Assembly (NCBI RefSeq): GCF_001194135.2
Contig: NC_069003.1
Span: 37,294,265 to 37,358,264, forward strand
Length of the DNA stretch: 64,000 nt
Reading direction: 5' to 3'
From: Octopus bimaculoides
Lineage: Eukaryota
The notes beneath the pieces were generated by a model, which was not told the origin of the DNA, did not search any database, and worked only from the letters and a program-made list of their open reading frames with translations. Below are positions 41,005 to 53,819 of the stretch, one piece after another. The stretch's first letter is position 1; the number at the start of each line of letters is the position of its first letter. The position numbers were made by a program, and so were the translations under genes.

Positions 41005-41340
41005 TGCAGCTGGAAACTGTAGTCAAAGCCTTACTGGAGAGAGTTGCTGCTGGAAGGCCATATGCGTGGTAGTGGGATTGGGCTCTTTGCTATACGTCGT
41101 GAAAGAGCCAGAAGTGGTTGTTAGAGAATTTCTATGACTTTGCCAGCGCTAATTTCTGGCCTCTTAATCCCCTCGATTGTAATCCCATGGATTACTATGT
41201 GTGGGACATGGTTGAGAAATACACCAAGGCTGAGCTGGTAGCCAAAATCAAGGAGTTATTCAAAGACTTTCTCAGGGACAGTGAAGAATGCATGCACCAA
41301 CCGTCTTGAGGCTGTGATGGAAGCTGAGTAAACTTATCTC
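41005..41340 (+). mobile_element. Tc1/mariner-superfamily transposase relic (copy B)
   Basis: Plus: LETVVKALLERVAAGRPYAW..KSQKWLLENFYDFASANFWPLNPLDCNPMDYYVWDMVEK..KAELVAKIKELF; a degenerate WPPNSPDLNPLDY motif. Confidence 0.8.
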
Positions 41341-41731
41341 GTGGCCATAATCTAATTGATAGTTTTTTTGGGGGATGGAATATTGAGTTTTCTTTACCTT
41401 TTATGCAAACTGTCAATCAAATTTAGTCTGAACATTGTGTATGTTTGTATATCCATATGTGTGTGAGTGTGTTTGTATCTTCTTTCACTTTCACACACGT
41501 CTACAACCAATTTCATGTGAAAACTTCACATCATGTTAACCACACAAGGACTGTTGTTAAACAAGTGGAAAGTAAGTAGAAGAAACACAGCTGAATACTA
41601 GAATTCTAGGAAACTGGTGGTGTTCGTTCACATCAGTGAAAATTATTTCAATAAAAGGCTAACATTAGATCTTAAAATACAAACTTTTCTTCTTTATTTA
41701 TGTAAGTAGTTAACATGTCTTTTTTTTTTGA

Positions 41732-43840
41732 CTATTTAAACAGTTTCAAGTTTTTGAAATACTTTTGTATTGTTTCTTTCTGGTCGGGTTTCGTGGCCAG
41801 GCAGGTAGCTATATTTTCAGGTTGTTCAATCCAGAGTTTGTGATCGATATTATTAGAGAGAAGGGTAGATGAAAGTTGATGCAGCTTTTCTTCATTGGGA
41901 ATCTGAAAGAAAGGGAGAGAAAAATACAATTTAAAATGTGTTATAGGCAATAGAAGCAGTATCAAATTAAAATAGCCAGTTTGTGCCATACTTAATGGAC
42001 ATCCATCACTGAAAGGCAAATTTAGTATTTGTCCAGAAACAACATTTGTTGTGGATGTGTTCTACTTAAAGACAATATATTGGAGCGAAATTCCTGAGTC
42101 ATTCATTTCTCTTGTTACCTATATTATGCCCAACCCTACAATAAACCACCACACCATTTCTTTCCTCCTCAGGACATTGATGTCCTGAAATTCTCCTCCT
42201 GCAGCCATCAATTTGTAACTCTTCAAAAAGGAGAACAATAAATCCAATAAACCCCCTGCTCCCAGGAAAAGCAACAAGCCATGTGTGCTCTGCATTGTCT
42301 CTAAACTAAAATCTAATTTAAAAAGAAGAAAAAAAAGGGAACAACAAAAGAAATTATAACCATTTGAGGAGGGATGAAATTAATTGAGGTGATTGCTGTA
42401 GTTGATTGACCCATGGAAGATGGAAAGTAAAATTTAGATATTTTAATCTACACTAATGGATCATAATTAAACACATGCAAATGTTTTTGACTGAGCAAAG
42501 TAATTAATGCAAGGCTTGGAAAGGATGAGAAATGCATAAGTTGAGAGAGTTTGGATGCTGGGAATATGAGAACAACCAGATTTGAAGAGTCATAATAGCA
42601 GAAGATGAGAAGAGAGCAGATTCAGTGGTCCAGAAACTGGAGTTTGTACAAGAGGGACTTCATGGCAATTAGTCAGGTGAGTTGTGTTTAATAGCACCCA
42701 CTTCTTTATGTTATTGGTTCAAATCCTGCCTTAGTCAACCTTGTCTTTCATAGGTTTTGGGTCAATAAAATAAAATACCAGTCACGTACTGAGGTCGATG
42801 GTACTGACTAATACCCTCCCCCTCAAATTTCAGGCCTTGTGCCAGAAATATTCGTATATGTTAGGATTGTAGATCACCAGAAACGAGAAATTAAAAAAAA
42901 AAATTAATTTCGTTCCTTGAAGTGCAGCTAGGTTTGATTCATTTTGTCAATCCTGGCGAAGTAGAACTATGCTTAAAGACATTCTAGCCATAACCATCCG
43001 GCCAATCTTATTTGGGAGTATCTTGGATTACATTACGGTCACCCTTCACGTTTTAAAGATTGTAATGTGTGATTTGAGGGAGATTCGGTTGTTATTTCAA
43101 GGGGGTCACCAACTGATTACAACCCCTTTTCTCTGGAAATGTGTGAGAATGTGTCAATATAAGAAATTATCGTTTTAGTTTAACAATTTGTAATTTATAG
43201 CACCAATGTTAACGAAGCCTCTGTGTAGTTACTCGACATACTGGAAATAACAGCCAAAATTGTTTCAAATAACAATATTTTTGAAAATTTAGAAAGAAAA
43301 AACAAAACAAAACGAATAACGAAGATACCCTAATGTAATTCTATACATAAGATGCCTTGAAAACAAAACCACAGGGTGATCACAGCTTAAACATCTTTTA
43401 TCATGGGTCTATTTAATTAAGTCTGACTTAAATGATTAACGGCAAAATTAAGAGCTTTAACATCAGATCAAACAGAATAGCCTGGAAGAGAAGTTGCACT
43501 CGACCCCTCCTTCAGTTTTGTGATATTGGTGGTCGCCGTTCATAAGTTTGTTTATGGTGAGGAAAAGAGGATCCCGAAACGATATTCTTTTTTTCCCCTC
43601 CATGTCACACGAATTTCACCAAAGCACACACACGCGCGCTGTTTCACTCACCTCTAGAACCACTTTGTGCATGCTATCGATCTTCTCCAAATATTGTTTG
43701 CAACCGGCATCGTCTTGGTGTTGATGTAAAACAGCTGAGCAAGCATGGCACGCTTGAGCGATCACCGCTCCTAAGGGCCACGACAACTTCTCTATTAAAT
43801 CCTTACGGACGACAATATACTGAACGATTACACCTGCCAT
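41732..43840 (-). CDS. PTRHD1: Peptidyl-tRNA hydrolase domain-containing protein 1 (PTH2-like), 2 exons, 119 aa
   Basis: Exons 43840-43652 (GAG|GTGAGT) and 41902-41732 (ttcag|ATT), phase 0. Motifs VQYIVVRKDL, WPLGAVIAQACHA, MHKVVLE, HKLWIEQPENIATCLATKP and KLKLFK. AATAAA on the minus strand at about 41693-41698. Confidence 0.95.
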
Positions 43841-46740
43841 TGATTTCTTTTCAAAATTCTAACCCAACAGACACATTAAATCGAATTCTACAATTACAAT
43901 GAATACTAAGAGTATCAATGGAGATTTTATTTCTTGAGCACCGTCAAGAAACGGACCGAGGAATATCACGAGCAAAACTGTCATTGGTTAATATTTATTC
44001 AACGCACTGATTGCTCTGGTTCTTATTGATGTTTAACCCTAGGCCAGCCCTGATAGAGTAGTACTCTGATCAAAGGTGTTCCAAATATGATCATCCAGCC
44101 CATCTGTTTAGGACTACACTATCGAATTCACTTTTTATTTAAAATGCAACGTGTGTTTTGAGTGGACGGGTGCAGTTTTGCTGCTATTTCTAGTAGATCG
44201 AGCGATCACTTAAAGCAGCGGTTCTCAACCCTTTTAATATCCGGGTCCATATCCAAAACCTGGATATTTTAGGGGACCCACACCAAAAAAAAAAAATAAT
44301 AATAATAATAAGAAAAGTAAAACTCTGGAAATTCATTAGAAATACGCTAAGATATATTTGGAGGTGCTTCTCTCTAAGTAAAGAAAAAGCAGCAACTCGA
44401 ATTGGGGTATTCTGGCAAAACTATTAAAACGGAATTATTGGTGATTAAGGTGAAACTAGAAAGAATCATATATTGTCAAGTGATGTTATTATCCAAGTCA
44501 GTTCTGACCGAAAAGACCAAAGATTCTCGCCGTGACCGTTCTATCTTTCTTTACGTTTAATGGATATTATTATCCAGTATGCCCTTCCAATAAAAACTAC
44601 TATGTTTCATTTGTGTGACATTTCGTTGTTACATCACCATGATGCTTCCTTTAATTCGCCAGTCAAATGAGTTTGGTTTTCAGTGCCCATAGCTCAAGAA
44701 TTCTCTCCATTTACCCCCTTCATATTCTGTTTTAGATACAACTGTTTACATATTAAGAGGGGAATCATGTAGTTGTCGACCCCCACTTCTCTCTCCATAT
44801 CTTTACGAAGAATTTCAAGCTGAACATCTCTCTGTAGTAAGAACTCAAGATAGTATATCTTGAGAGACTCCCTAAATTTGAAAACTATCAATTAATATCA
44901 CACCTGCATCCAACTAGTTCTTTGTTTGTGAACCCCGGGATGAAGAATAGTAAACCTGATGCCGGCAGGATGATTCGAACTTCGTGTCCCCATTCTTCAC
45001 CCTCAAACATACATAGATGTGTGTAAATAGTTCTTTGATTTCTGCTATTAAGATATATTTCCCCAAAGTATTCTACGCATATCAATAAAATAAATAACTA
45101 TATACATGAGTTATTAAAGACACACACACATACGCGCGTGTATGTATATTGTTAAAAACTGAAACTTCCTTCCGCCTCTCTTATTTCTTGTATAACAAAG
45201 AATTATTCTCCAAAGGACATTCAAAAGCCCGATACAACTAATTTCAACCATCAATCGACTATCACAAGTGTCTTATAAAAAGGTGGCGAGCTGGCAGAAC
45301 TGTTGGCATGCCGGAAGAAATGTTTTGCGGCATTTCGTCCGCATTTACGACCTAGGTTCAAATGATGTCAGTCGACTTTAACTTTCATCCTTCTGGTGTC
45401 GATTAGAAAAGTAGTTAATAATTATTTCAACTTTATATTGTGGAGGAACCTGTAAAGTCAATTGTTGACGCAACTAAATTTGCTGGTTGGACAATATTTA
45501 ATCTGATTCAGGATAGAACTGAACCAATAATCAGCTGCAAAACATACTTCTAGAACTTCAAAGCTCGCCTTATGATTTCTATTGAAGCAATGACTGTGGA
45601 CATGTTGAAAATATAACAATCCCAACAATGAATCCTTTTTAGAATTATAAGGCAAAATAAATTCTTTACCAGATCAATTCTACCAGTATTTAGAATCAAA
45701 CTTGTTTAAACTTCAAATTACTCACTCATAATGAACCTAATTACGTGTGTATATTTCCATGTATACATGCGAATCAACGTGTGACAGAAAATCATCCTTT
45801 CACTTGACACAGCAGCTTCTGTGGATTCCTGCATGCATACATGACAACGTACACACACACACATGGCTAACATTTACAGGCTGAGGAGTGTGTAACATTC
45901 GTTTTAAGTCAGTGGCTTGTTCACAATGATCTTATAACACGCACGTGTGTAAAGTGTGTGTGTATATATATGTGTATAAAATACATGATATATATTTGGA
46001 GACTCAATAAAATTATGTCAGACTCTTGTATTAAATCCTTTATTCGGTTTATGAATATAAAAGCGCGCTTTTAACTACACACACATACATAAACTTGGTA
46101 AGTCTTGTGTCTTAACTTCTCCTTAGTAACCAATGACTCCTTCCCATCCTGATTTTTTTTTATATACACTCCGCTGACATTGGTAATTGCGTTTACACAA
46201 ACATTAGATACAACTATATTCCACCCCTCCCCCAACTTGTCACTTATATACACACCCGTGTAGGGTACACACATACGGATACGTGTATATAGGTATAACG
46301 CGACATGATAATTATTCAGTGCTGATCTTTTTCTATTATAACGTGTTATATGTAAGTATGTGTGTAATATTGCATGTAAATATGTGTATAATATTGCATG
46401 TGCTGACAGAGAAAGAGCTGAGGTTTAGAATGAAGGGAAAAATATAAGAGGAAAGAGAATGAAAAGCGGGAAAAGAAATAGAGACTGAGGGAGAAAGGAT
46501 TTAGATAGAAAGAGAGAGAAAAATGTTTTTTAGAAAGAGTAAAAGAGATAAAGGGAAACTATTAGAAGAGAGATAGAAAGAAAGAGAAAGCGAGAGGAAT
46601 AGGGTGAGGGGAAGGAGAGAGAGAGAGCGTTGATAGAGATATAAAAGAGTGACAGTGAGAGGCTGTTGAAAGGAAGTTAATTTGTCGTTGGTTGCATTTC
46701 CGATATAAGAGCTCTATCCAAGGGGAGGTAAGTGTTGCCG

Positions 46741-46748
46741 TATAAAAG
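46741..46748 (+). promoter_or_regulatory. Candidate TATA box upstream of the short STIP1 ORF
   Basis: Exact TATAAAAG 52 nt upstream of ATG 46793. Confidence 0.4.
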
Positions 46749-46792
46749 TCTGTCTCCGGGCCAACCTAGAACATTCTGGCAGTGTTAGGAAG

Positions 46793-47767
46793 ATGACGTC
46801 GGACAAGCAGAAGGAAGCAGTGATTGAGAAAGATAAAGGCAATGCCTTTTACAAGAAAAAAGAATTCGATAAAGCGCTGGAACATTATGAAGCCGCTCTG
46901 AAATTAGATCCAACCAACATTTCAATCATGACCAATCGTGCAGCCGTTTACTTCGAACAGAACAAGCTGGATGATTGCATCAAAGAATGTGAGAAGGCCA
47001 TTGAGGTGGGTCGTGAAAACCATTCGCCGTTCAATGTGATTGCCAAAGCGTTTTGCCGCATCGGCAACGCTTACCTGAAGAAAGACAACCTGGAGAAGGC
47101 GCTCACCTATTACAATAAGTCCCTCTCTGAGCATCGAGTGCCCGAAGTTGTGAAGAAGGCACAGAACGTGGAGTGCATGATCAAAGAGAGGGAACGGCTT
47201 GCCTATATTAACCCGGAAATCTCTTTGCAGGAGAAAAGCAAGGGCAACAAGATGTACCAGGATGGCAACTTCCCGGAAGCTATCAAACATTATAATGAAG
47301 CAATTCTCCGCAACCCGGAGGACGCAAAAATCTACAGCAACCGGTCGGCTTGTTACATGAAGTTGATGGAGTATTCGTTGGCCTTGAAAGATGCCGACGA
47401 GTGCATAAAAAGGGATATGACTTTCGTGAAGGGTTACCTGAGGAAAGGTGCCACATTGTTGGCGCAGAAGGAATCGACCAAGGCGGCCGACGCCTACTCG
47501 AAAGCTCTGGAACTCGACCCGCAATGCCAAGAAGCGAAGGAAGGTTACCAGAAATCGGTGATGAGTCAAGGCAACGACATCGACAGTGTCAAGAAGAGAG
47601 TGATGAACAACCCCGAAGTGCAAAACATTCTGTGTGATCCTGCCATGCGGGCGATCCTTCAACAGATGCAAGAGAATCCCAAGGCAATCAGTGAACATCT
47701 GTCCAACCCTGAAATCAGGGACAAGATTGACAAACTCATGGAATGCGGCATTATCGACATTCGCTGA
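46793..47767 (+). CDS. STIP1: Intronless, N-terminally truncated Hop/STIP1-like co-chaperone (TPR2A-TPR2B-DP2 only), probable retrogene, 324 aa
   Basis: Single uninterrupted ORF. TPR2A: EKDKGNAFYKK, TNRAAVYFE, IAKAFCRIGN. Linker: RLAYINPE. TPR2B: EKSKGN, YSNRSAC, KGYLRK. DP2: NPEVQNILCDPAMRAILQQMQENP...KLMECGIIDIR. No TPR1/DP1 sequence upstream; in-frame TAA at 46706-46708. The symbol denotes the family; this is a paralog. Confidence 0.93.
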   Translation: MTSDKQKEAVIEKDKGNAFYKKKEFDKALEHYEAALKLDPTNISIMTNRAAVYFEQNKLDDCIKECEKAIEVGRENHSPFNVIAKAFCRIGNAYLKKDNLEKALTYYNKSLSEHRVPEVVKKAQNVECMIKERERLAYINPEISLQEKSKGNKMYQDGNFPEAIKHYNEAILRNPEDAKIYSNRSACYMKLMEYSLALKDADECIKRDMTFVKGYLRKGATLLAQKESTKAADAYSKALELDPQCQEAKEGYQKSVMSQGNDIDSVKKRVMNNPEVQNILCDPAMRAILQQMQENPKAISEHLSNPEIRDKIDKLMECGIIDIR

Positions 47768-50700
47768 TTTCCTTTCTTTTTCTTTTTATATATTTTCTTG
47801 TCCCCCCCCCCATGTTTTGTTTGTTTATACATACACACACACCTCAAACACACCTTTTATAAATACCCTGTCTGAATGCACTTTCAACATACACTTGCCT
47901 CTACATAACACATCTACTCAACTATTTCTATCTCACACGCTACTTACATTCATCTATGTCCTTTTTTTCTTTCCCTTCTTCTCACATTATAAATCAAACC
48001 AACAAAAATAGCCACCACCACAACAATGGTTACACAAAGTCCACGCTTTTAATGTTTTCTCCAAGCTGCCATGTTCATTAAGATTTGCCATTATTAGAAT
48101 TATTTAGAAAAAAAAAAAGGCTCTCAAGAAGAACCTGAAAAACACATCCCCAACATCGCCTGTCTTTATTACACCATGAGGCGACATGTTTTGTGTTGTA
48201 ATGACTAATTGTTATTATTCGTTCATGATTATTGATGATAAATGAAATAGCCGAGGGGATAAGTTTGTGGGGGACTTGTATTTCTTGGTCATGAGTTCAA
48301 ATCTCTTTACAGACGGTTCTATTTTGATGCTAGCCTCCGACGGTTAAATCGTCCTAAATGAAATCTCATTGTTCAGTGTCCGGGTTACACAATCCCTGGA
48401 TGTAGATAAAATGAAATGACAGAAACATTACATCTTTCCAAAATTAATTATTAAGTACGATTGAGGGGACAGTGTTTACCAAATACACATTTGGTTCACT
48501 TACCTCAGCACCAAACACAGCTTTCACTCGTCGCTTAAAGACCCCCTACTCTTTTATTCCTTGCTGGTCCTTAAGTTACCTTAACTGATACTGCTGTGCT
48601 TAATGGGCTGCAAATATATACACATACTCTCGTCCGCGTCTGTATGTGTGTGTGTGTGTGTGTATATATACATACGTATACACAAACACTCGGTTATTAA
48701 GTATTAGACTTATGGACGATCTTACATGGAATACGAAACATTTCAATCCACACACACATGTACACAGAGCAATAAATACTTCCTGTGTGTCTAGGGTTTG
48801 CCCTCTTATATTGAGTCATGCTAACGATGATACCACCTCAAGTGTCCAACCCTCCGCATTATTATTATTATTACTACAATGAATATTTTGTATGAGAATC
48901 AACACCACCATTTGCTGCTATTGGACATTATTACAAGACCAAACAACAACAACAATTAGATCCGATCATAATTAGAAGTGATTATATAAAACCAGTCAGC
49001 GTGTGAATGTATAATTCTTGCTCCTCCTCCTCATCTCTTTTCCTGTATTGGATGTATTCAGTATGAGAATCAACAAATACACAAGTTTAGAAATGATTCA
49101 CAGATTTCTGTTATTTTTTTTTTCGTTCTTCTCTCTTGTTTTTGTTATAATGTTTTATAATTCTTCAATATTTGTAAAGTTTGTCATTTATTACCAAAGA
49201 GGGGGAAGGCATTAGTGTTGCTTCGTCCGAATTCTTGTCCTCTACAAAGTTTTCAGGATTCGAGGCTTTTATCAAAAAATCTGGTTTCACTAGATCAATT
49301 TCCGACTTTATTCTCTTGGTTTACCTCAGAAACATGTTGCCGAACCCTCTAGAAAACGAAGAAAAAATGGTGGGTGGGCGTGGGAAAAGAAATGGTGGGT
49401 TTCTTGCAAAACCTACAACGAAAACCCATCAATGTTTCAACATGGCCAGCTGTTATGGCTTTTCTATGTAAAGAAAACCCATTTTTGTATCATGGAAACA
49501 ACTTCTCTTTTTAAGTAAATCTAGCTTTGTCACACAAAACAGCTTTGAACTGATTTAGAAAGATAACCTCGCTGTCCCATTTCATCTACCGATATTGATC
49601 TTTGGGCTTTCAATCATTTAAGTTATTTGGTTTACAGCCAAATCTTTCCGTTTTAAATCTGGCCCATAGTCATAGTAACAAGCCGGCTTCAATTCCTTAT
49701 GGAACCAGTTTACAAATATTTCTGCTAGTTTCCTAAATCGAAACCACAGAACATCACAGTGTCTGCCAAAAACTTTCCCATGTAACACGTTTTTTCCCCT
49801 GTACATATACAACCCCGAGTTTAATTCTTTGGCTTACCTACACAAGTGTCCCCTCCCCCTCCGACAAATAGATATTTTAAAGTGAAATTTTCTACAAATA
49901 TGCTTAAGGTGGTGTAGATTCTAATTATATCGGAATTCAATATTTAAAGAAAATTGGACTTGCCTACATCCTGACACGCATCACAAAATGAAACTTGAAA
50001 TTTCGAAAAAAAAAGTGTATGTATGTGTGCAAATGCACCAATATTTTTTTCATATTAAATTCCGATATAATCGTAATCTATACACTCTGAAAAAGTATTT
50101 GTCGAAATTTCCATTTAAAATACTCATATTTCGGAAAGTTATGAGGAAATGTCTCGTGTGAATTTTCCAAAATCCTTCACCCCCCCCCCNNNNNNNNNNT
50201 TGGAATCTTTACCATCTGAAGTGTATTTGTAGAAAATTTCATTGAAATGTTTATTTTTCGAAGTTATGAGGAAACAAAGTCCAGGGGTGGGTGAGTTTCC
50301 ACGACTGTAGGTATGCTGTTCACACCTTATCAAAAGTTGTTTTCCTTTCACAAATGCAAAGTCGATAGTGTACAACACAAACGCTGAAATGTCAAAAATC
50401 ACTTAATCTTTGTGTGTTTAATATTCTGTTGAAGAGCAATTAATACACAATTACCACAATTAAATGCTGATTAATGATAGCATTTAATTAAAACACCTGT
50501 TGCCTATTGACTACAGCTAATTACAATCCCTCCTTACAGACCTGCAATAAGAAGATACCCATAAAACCGTATTGTCTTACAAGAGGCTTCCAAATAGGAT
50601 TAGAATAACGATTTCTAACCCCCCCCCAGGTGTGCTAACGATTCTGCCAACTCACCGCCCTCAAGCACAGTATATTGCCAAAAGTATCAATCACTTGTCA

Positions 50701-53700
50701 CTGCCGCCATGAGGCCCAAGGTTTGAAGGGTACTTTCTACATGTCATTGACATGGGTGCTAGCTATATGACACTAGCATTGCCCCCCCCCCCCAACTATG
50801 TTTTCATTTGGTTTGATGGGTCTTAAGCACAGCATGTCATCCAACATTTGAAGGGTGCTTTTTACGTGCCACTGGCATCCATTATGACTGCAGTTTCACT
50901 TGGCTTGATGGGTCTTCTCAAGCTCAGCATGTCACCAAAGGTCTCGGTCACTTGTCATTGCCTCCATGAGGCCCAGCATTTGAAGACCATGCTTCGTCAC
51001 CTCATCCCATGTCTTCCTAAGTTTACCTCTTGCACAGGTTCCCTCCACCATTAGAGATCTGCACTTCTACACACACACACACACACATGCCAGCATAGAA
51101 AACAAACATCAAATGATAATGATATATGTATATAGAAATATATACATGTACTATGTATATAGCTATGCATATCTGTGTATATATATATGTATACATTGGT
51201 TTCAAATTTTGGCACAAGGCCAGCAGTTTCAAAAAAGGGTTAAATTGATTACTTTGACTCCAGGCACAAAATTAAATATTGGGGTCGATTCATTCGACTA
51301 AAAGTCCGAGGTGGTGCCCCAGCATGGCCATAATCTAATGAGTGAAACAAATAAAAGATAAAAGAGCTACATAATATATATATATATACACAAACACGCG
51401 TGTGTGCACTGGATGTCAGCAGGTAAGCAAAACGGTGAGATGTCTCCATTCCTTGTTGATATTGCAATGGATCCCAGGCTGGCAGAGTTGTTAACCGGGC
51501 AAAATGCTGGCTGACATTTCGTCTGTACTTACATTCTGAGTTCAAATTCTGTGGAGATCAACTTAGCTCTTCACCCTTTTGCATTTGATAAAGTACCAGA
51601 TGAGCATTCAGGTTGATGTAATTGACTTACTGCTTGCCCTCTGAAATTGCTGGCCTTGCGCTAACATTTGAAACCATTATTACAACCATTCGCTCACCAC
51701 TTTCAAAGATTGATGGAATAAAAAAGAAATTGCTTGAAGAAAAAAAAAAATGTCAAGAGATGGCAAAAGGAAGAATTTCTAACCATAAAACTGTCTCTCA
51801 AGTCTGCATCTAACTCATACTGGCTCAGTAAAATGGATGTGAAGAGCAAACAATATTGACAAGAACTTTCATTGCAAATAGATTTCCATTGCCTGGAAGT
51901 TGTTAAATCGTGTTCCCTGATGTCTGCCTATAATCCTTGAAATCACATTTGTTCGAATACCCAATTCAAATTCTTCCAAGACTTCTCTTCTGTCAACTAC
52001 AGCTTTGACTTGCATTGGACACAATGTTTTAAAAAGTTAATATCTTCAGTTTCTGTTTCTCAAACGAATACTGTGATTATCGGAGTTTATATATTCTCAT
52101 CTGCCAGAAAGTGCATGCAGCCATTGTCTCTTATTTAGAGAAACCTGAGATATTCTAACATTGTCACTTGAGTTAATCAACCCTATTTCATTGACTAAAT
52201 ACTTCACTGGTATCTTAGTTTCATCTATGAGTGAAAGGCAGACAGTATGATGTTTATGTACAAAGTGTAATGTTGCAGGGCAGTAAAATATGGGCAGAGA
52301 AAATACATGGGTTGTAAAAGTGAGCTTGAAGGGATTTGAACTACAAACATCAAGGCCCAAAATTAATCACAGCATATTTTGTCTGATGCCATTATCAATT
52401 CTGCCAATCTAACTGAAGTGTTATAATTAGAAAATTTCATTTGTTTATTAAAAAAAAGCAACAATCACTAAAGACACTGATTTATTTAAAAATTTATTTA
52501 TTTTGAATGAAATTTAAAATAAAATATTAAAGTTATTATTACATGGGTTAATTGGTAGATAAAAAATACGTCATTTGCTGTAGAACGGCTGCTGAGAATT
52601 ATGGATACAGAGGCAATCAAGAATACAGCGAAGAGAAATGAGATGGAACGGTTGAATCGTGTGTTGAGAAAAGATGGAAGGGGTAACGGAAATCAACGTG
52701 GAAAGAAATAGGAGAAAAGTAAGAAAGACATGGCTGAAGATGGTAGGGGAGGAAAGAAGAGTAAGCGGGTTAGTGAGTGGAGAGAGAGGAAAGGGCGAAT
52801 GGAGAAGACGGCCAGCAGGGAAATGGCCTTAAATGCACATTACTTGTTATTGCTGTAGAAATAATATCCTAAAGAGGAGATGAAGGGGTCATTTTACAGT
52901 CTGTTTGTTCCCTCATTGCTTTGCTAAGAGCTTCAGGTTTGGGGTCCTCAGTGAATACCTGGGCAAGGGTGAAATCTGTAATTGCACTTCCGTGTCATGT
53001 GAATATGGGTATTCCCTTGGGACACAGGGCAGAGTGGACAAGACACTGAATGTGACATGGGTGCAAACAATGACACAATATCAAGACTAGTTTTCAGTGT
53101 CCCCTTTTAAGAAGAGTCACAGACTAGGCTGGTAGGACCCTAATCCTAGTCACTCTGTCTTCATAAGTATAGGTGTGAGTGCATGCGTTTGTGTGTGTTT
53201 GCCACCACCAGAACCAGAATGTCACCAAAACAGGTTGAAATTCCAGTCAACCCAAATCACCAACCCCAAACAGCAGGCCTTAATTGTTGCATCCCAGTAT
53301 ATTTATGTACAATATGTCCTCCCACTGGATCCCCTCCCTTTACCCATACCTGCTCATTACATGCTCTCCCGCTCTCCTTTTGTAATCTCATAAGCTTATC
53401 CACCCACTCACCCTCTCCAATCCCTGCTCCACTTCATACAGCTCCATGTACCTTGTTTCCCCTCTAATGCAAAACTCCTTTCTCAGTCCCCCAATACTAC
53501 TCCCTCATCTCAGTTAAGGGGTTGGTGACCTCTCTACTGCTGGTGCCACATAAAAAGCACCCAGTCCACTCTGTAAAGTGGTTGGCATTAGGAAGGTCAG
53601 AGCCATAGAAGCCATACCAAAGTAGACGAGAGGGATTGGTGCAGTCTTCTGACTTGCCAATTCCTGTTGAACCATCCAACCCATTCCAGCATGGAAAACA

Positions 53701-53819
53701 GACGTTAAATGATGATGATGACACACACTCATACAAGCAACTAGGACCCTGCTCTGTTGGGGGGGGGGGAGAACAATGCAACCAATGAGAAGACAATAAC
53801 AGACACCTGTGACCTTGGT

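Noticed and set aside
44216-44290. hAT-like terminal motif CAGCGGTTCTCAACC
   Set aside because: No matching second TIR or 8-bp TSD was found.
44694-45085. Two short protein-like minus ORFs upstream of PTRHD1
   Set aside because: No recognisable domain or phase-consistent exon chain; insufficient support.
46922-47698. 258-aa antisense ORF opposite the STIP1-like gene
   Set aside because: Shadow frame of a G/C-ending-codon-rich gene; no recognisable motifs.
48107-48118. A-run as the poly(A) scar of the STIP1 retrocopy
   Set aside because: No canonical upstream AATAAA or TSD, and A-runs are common in this window.
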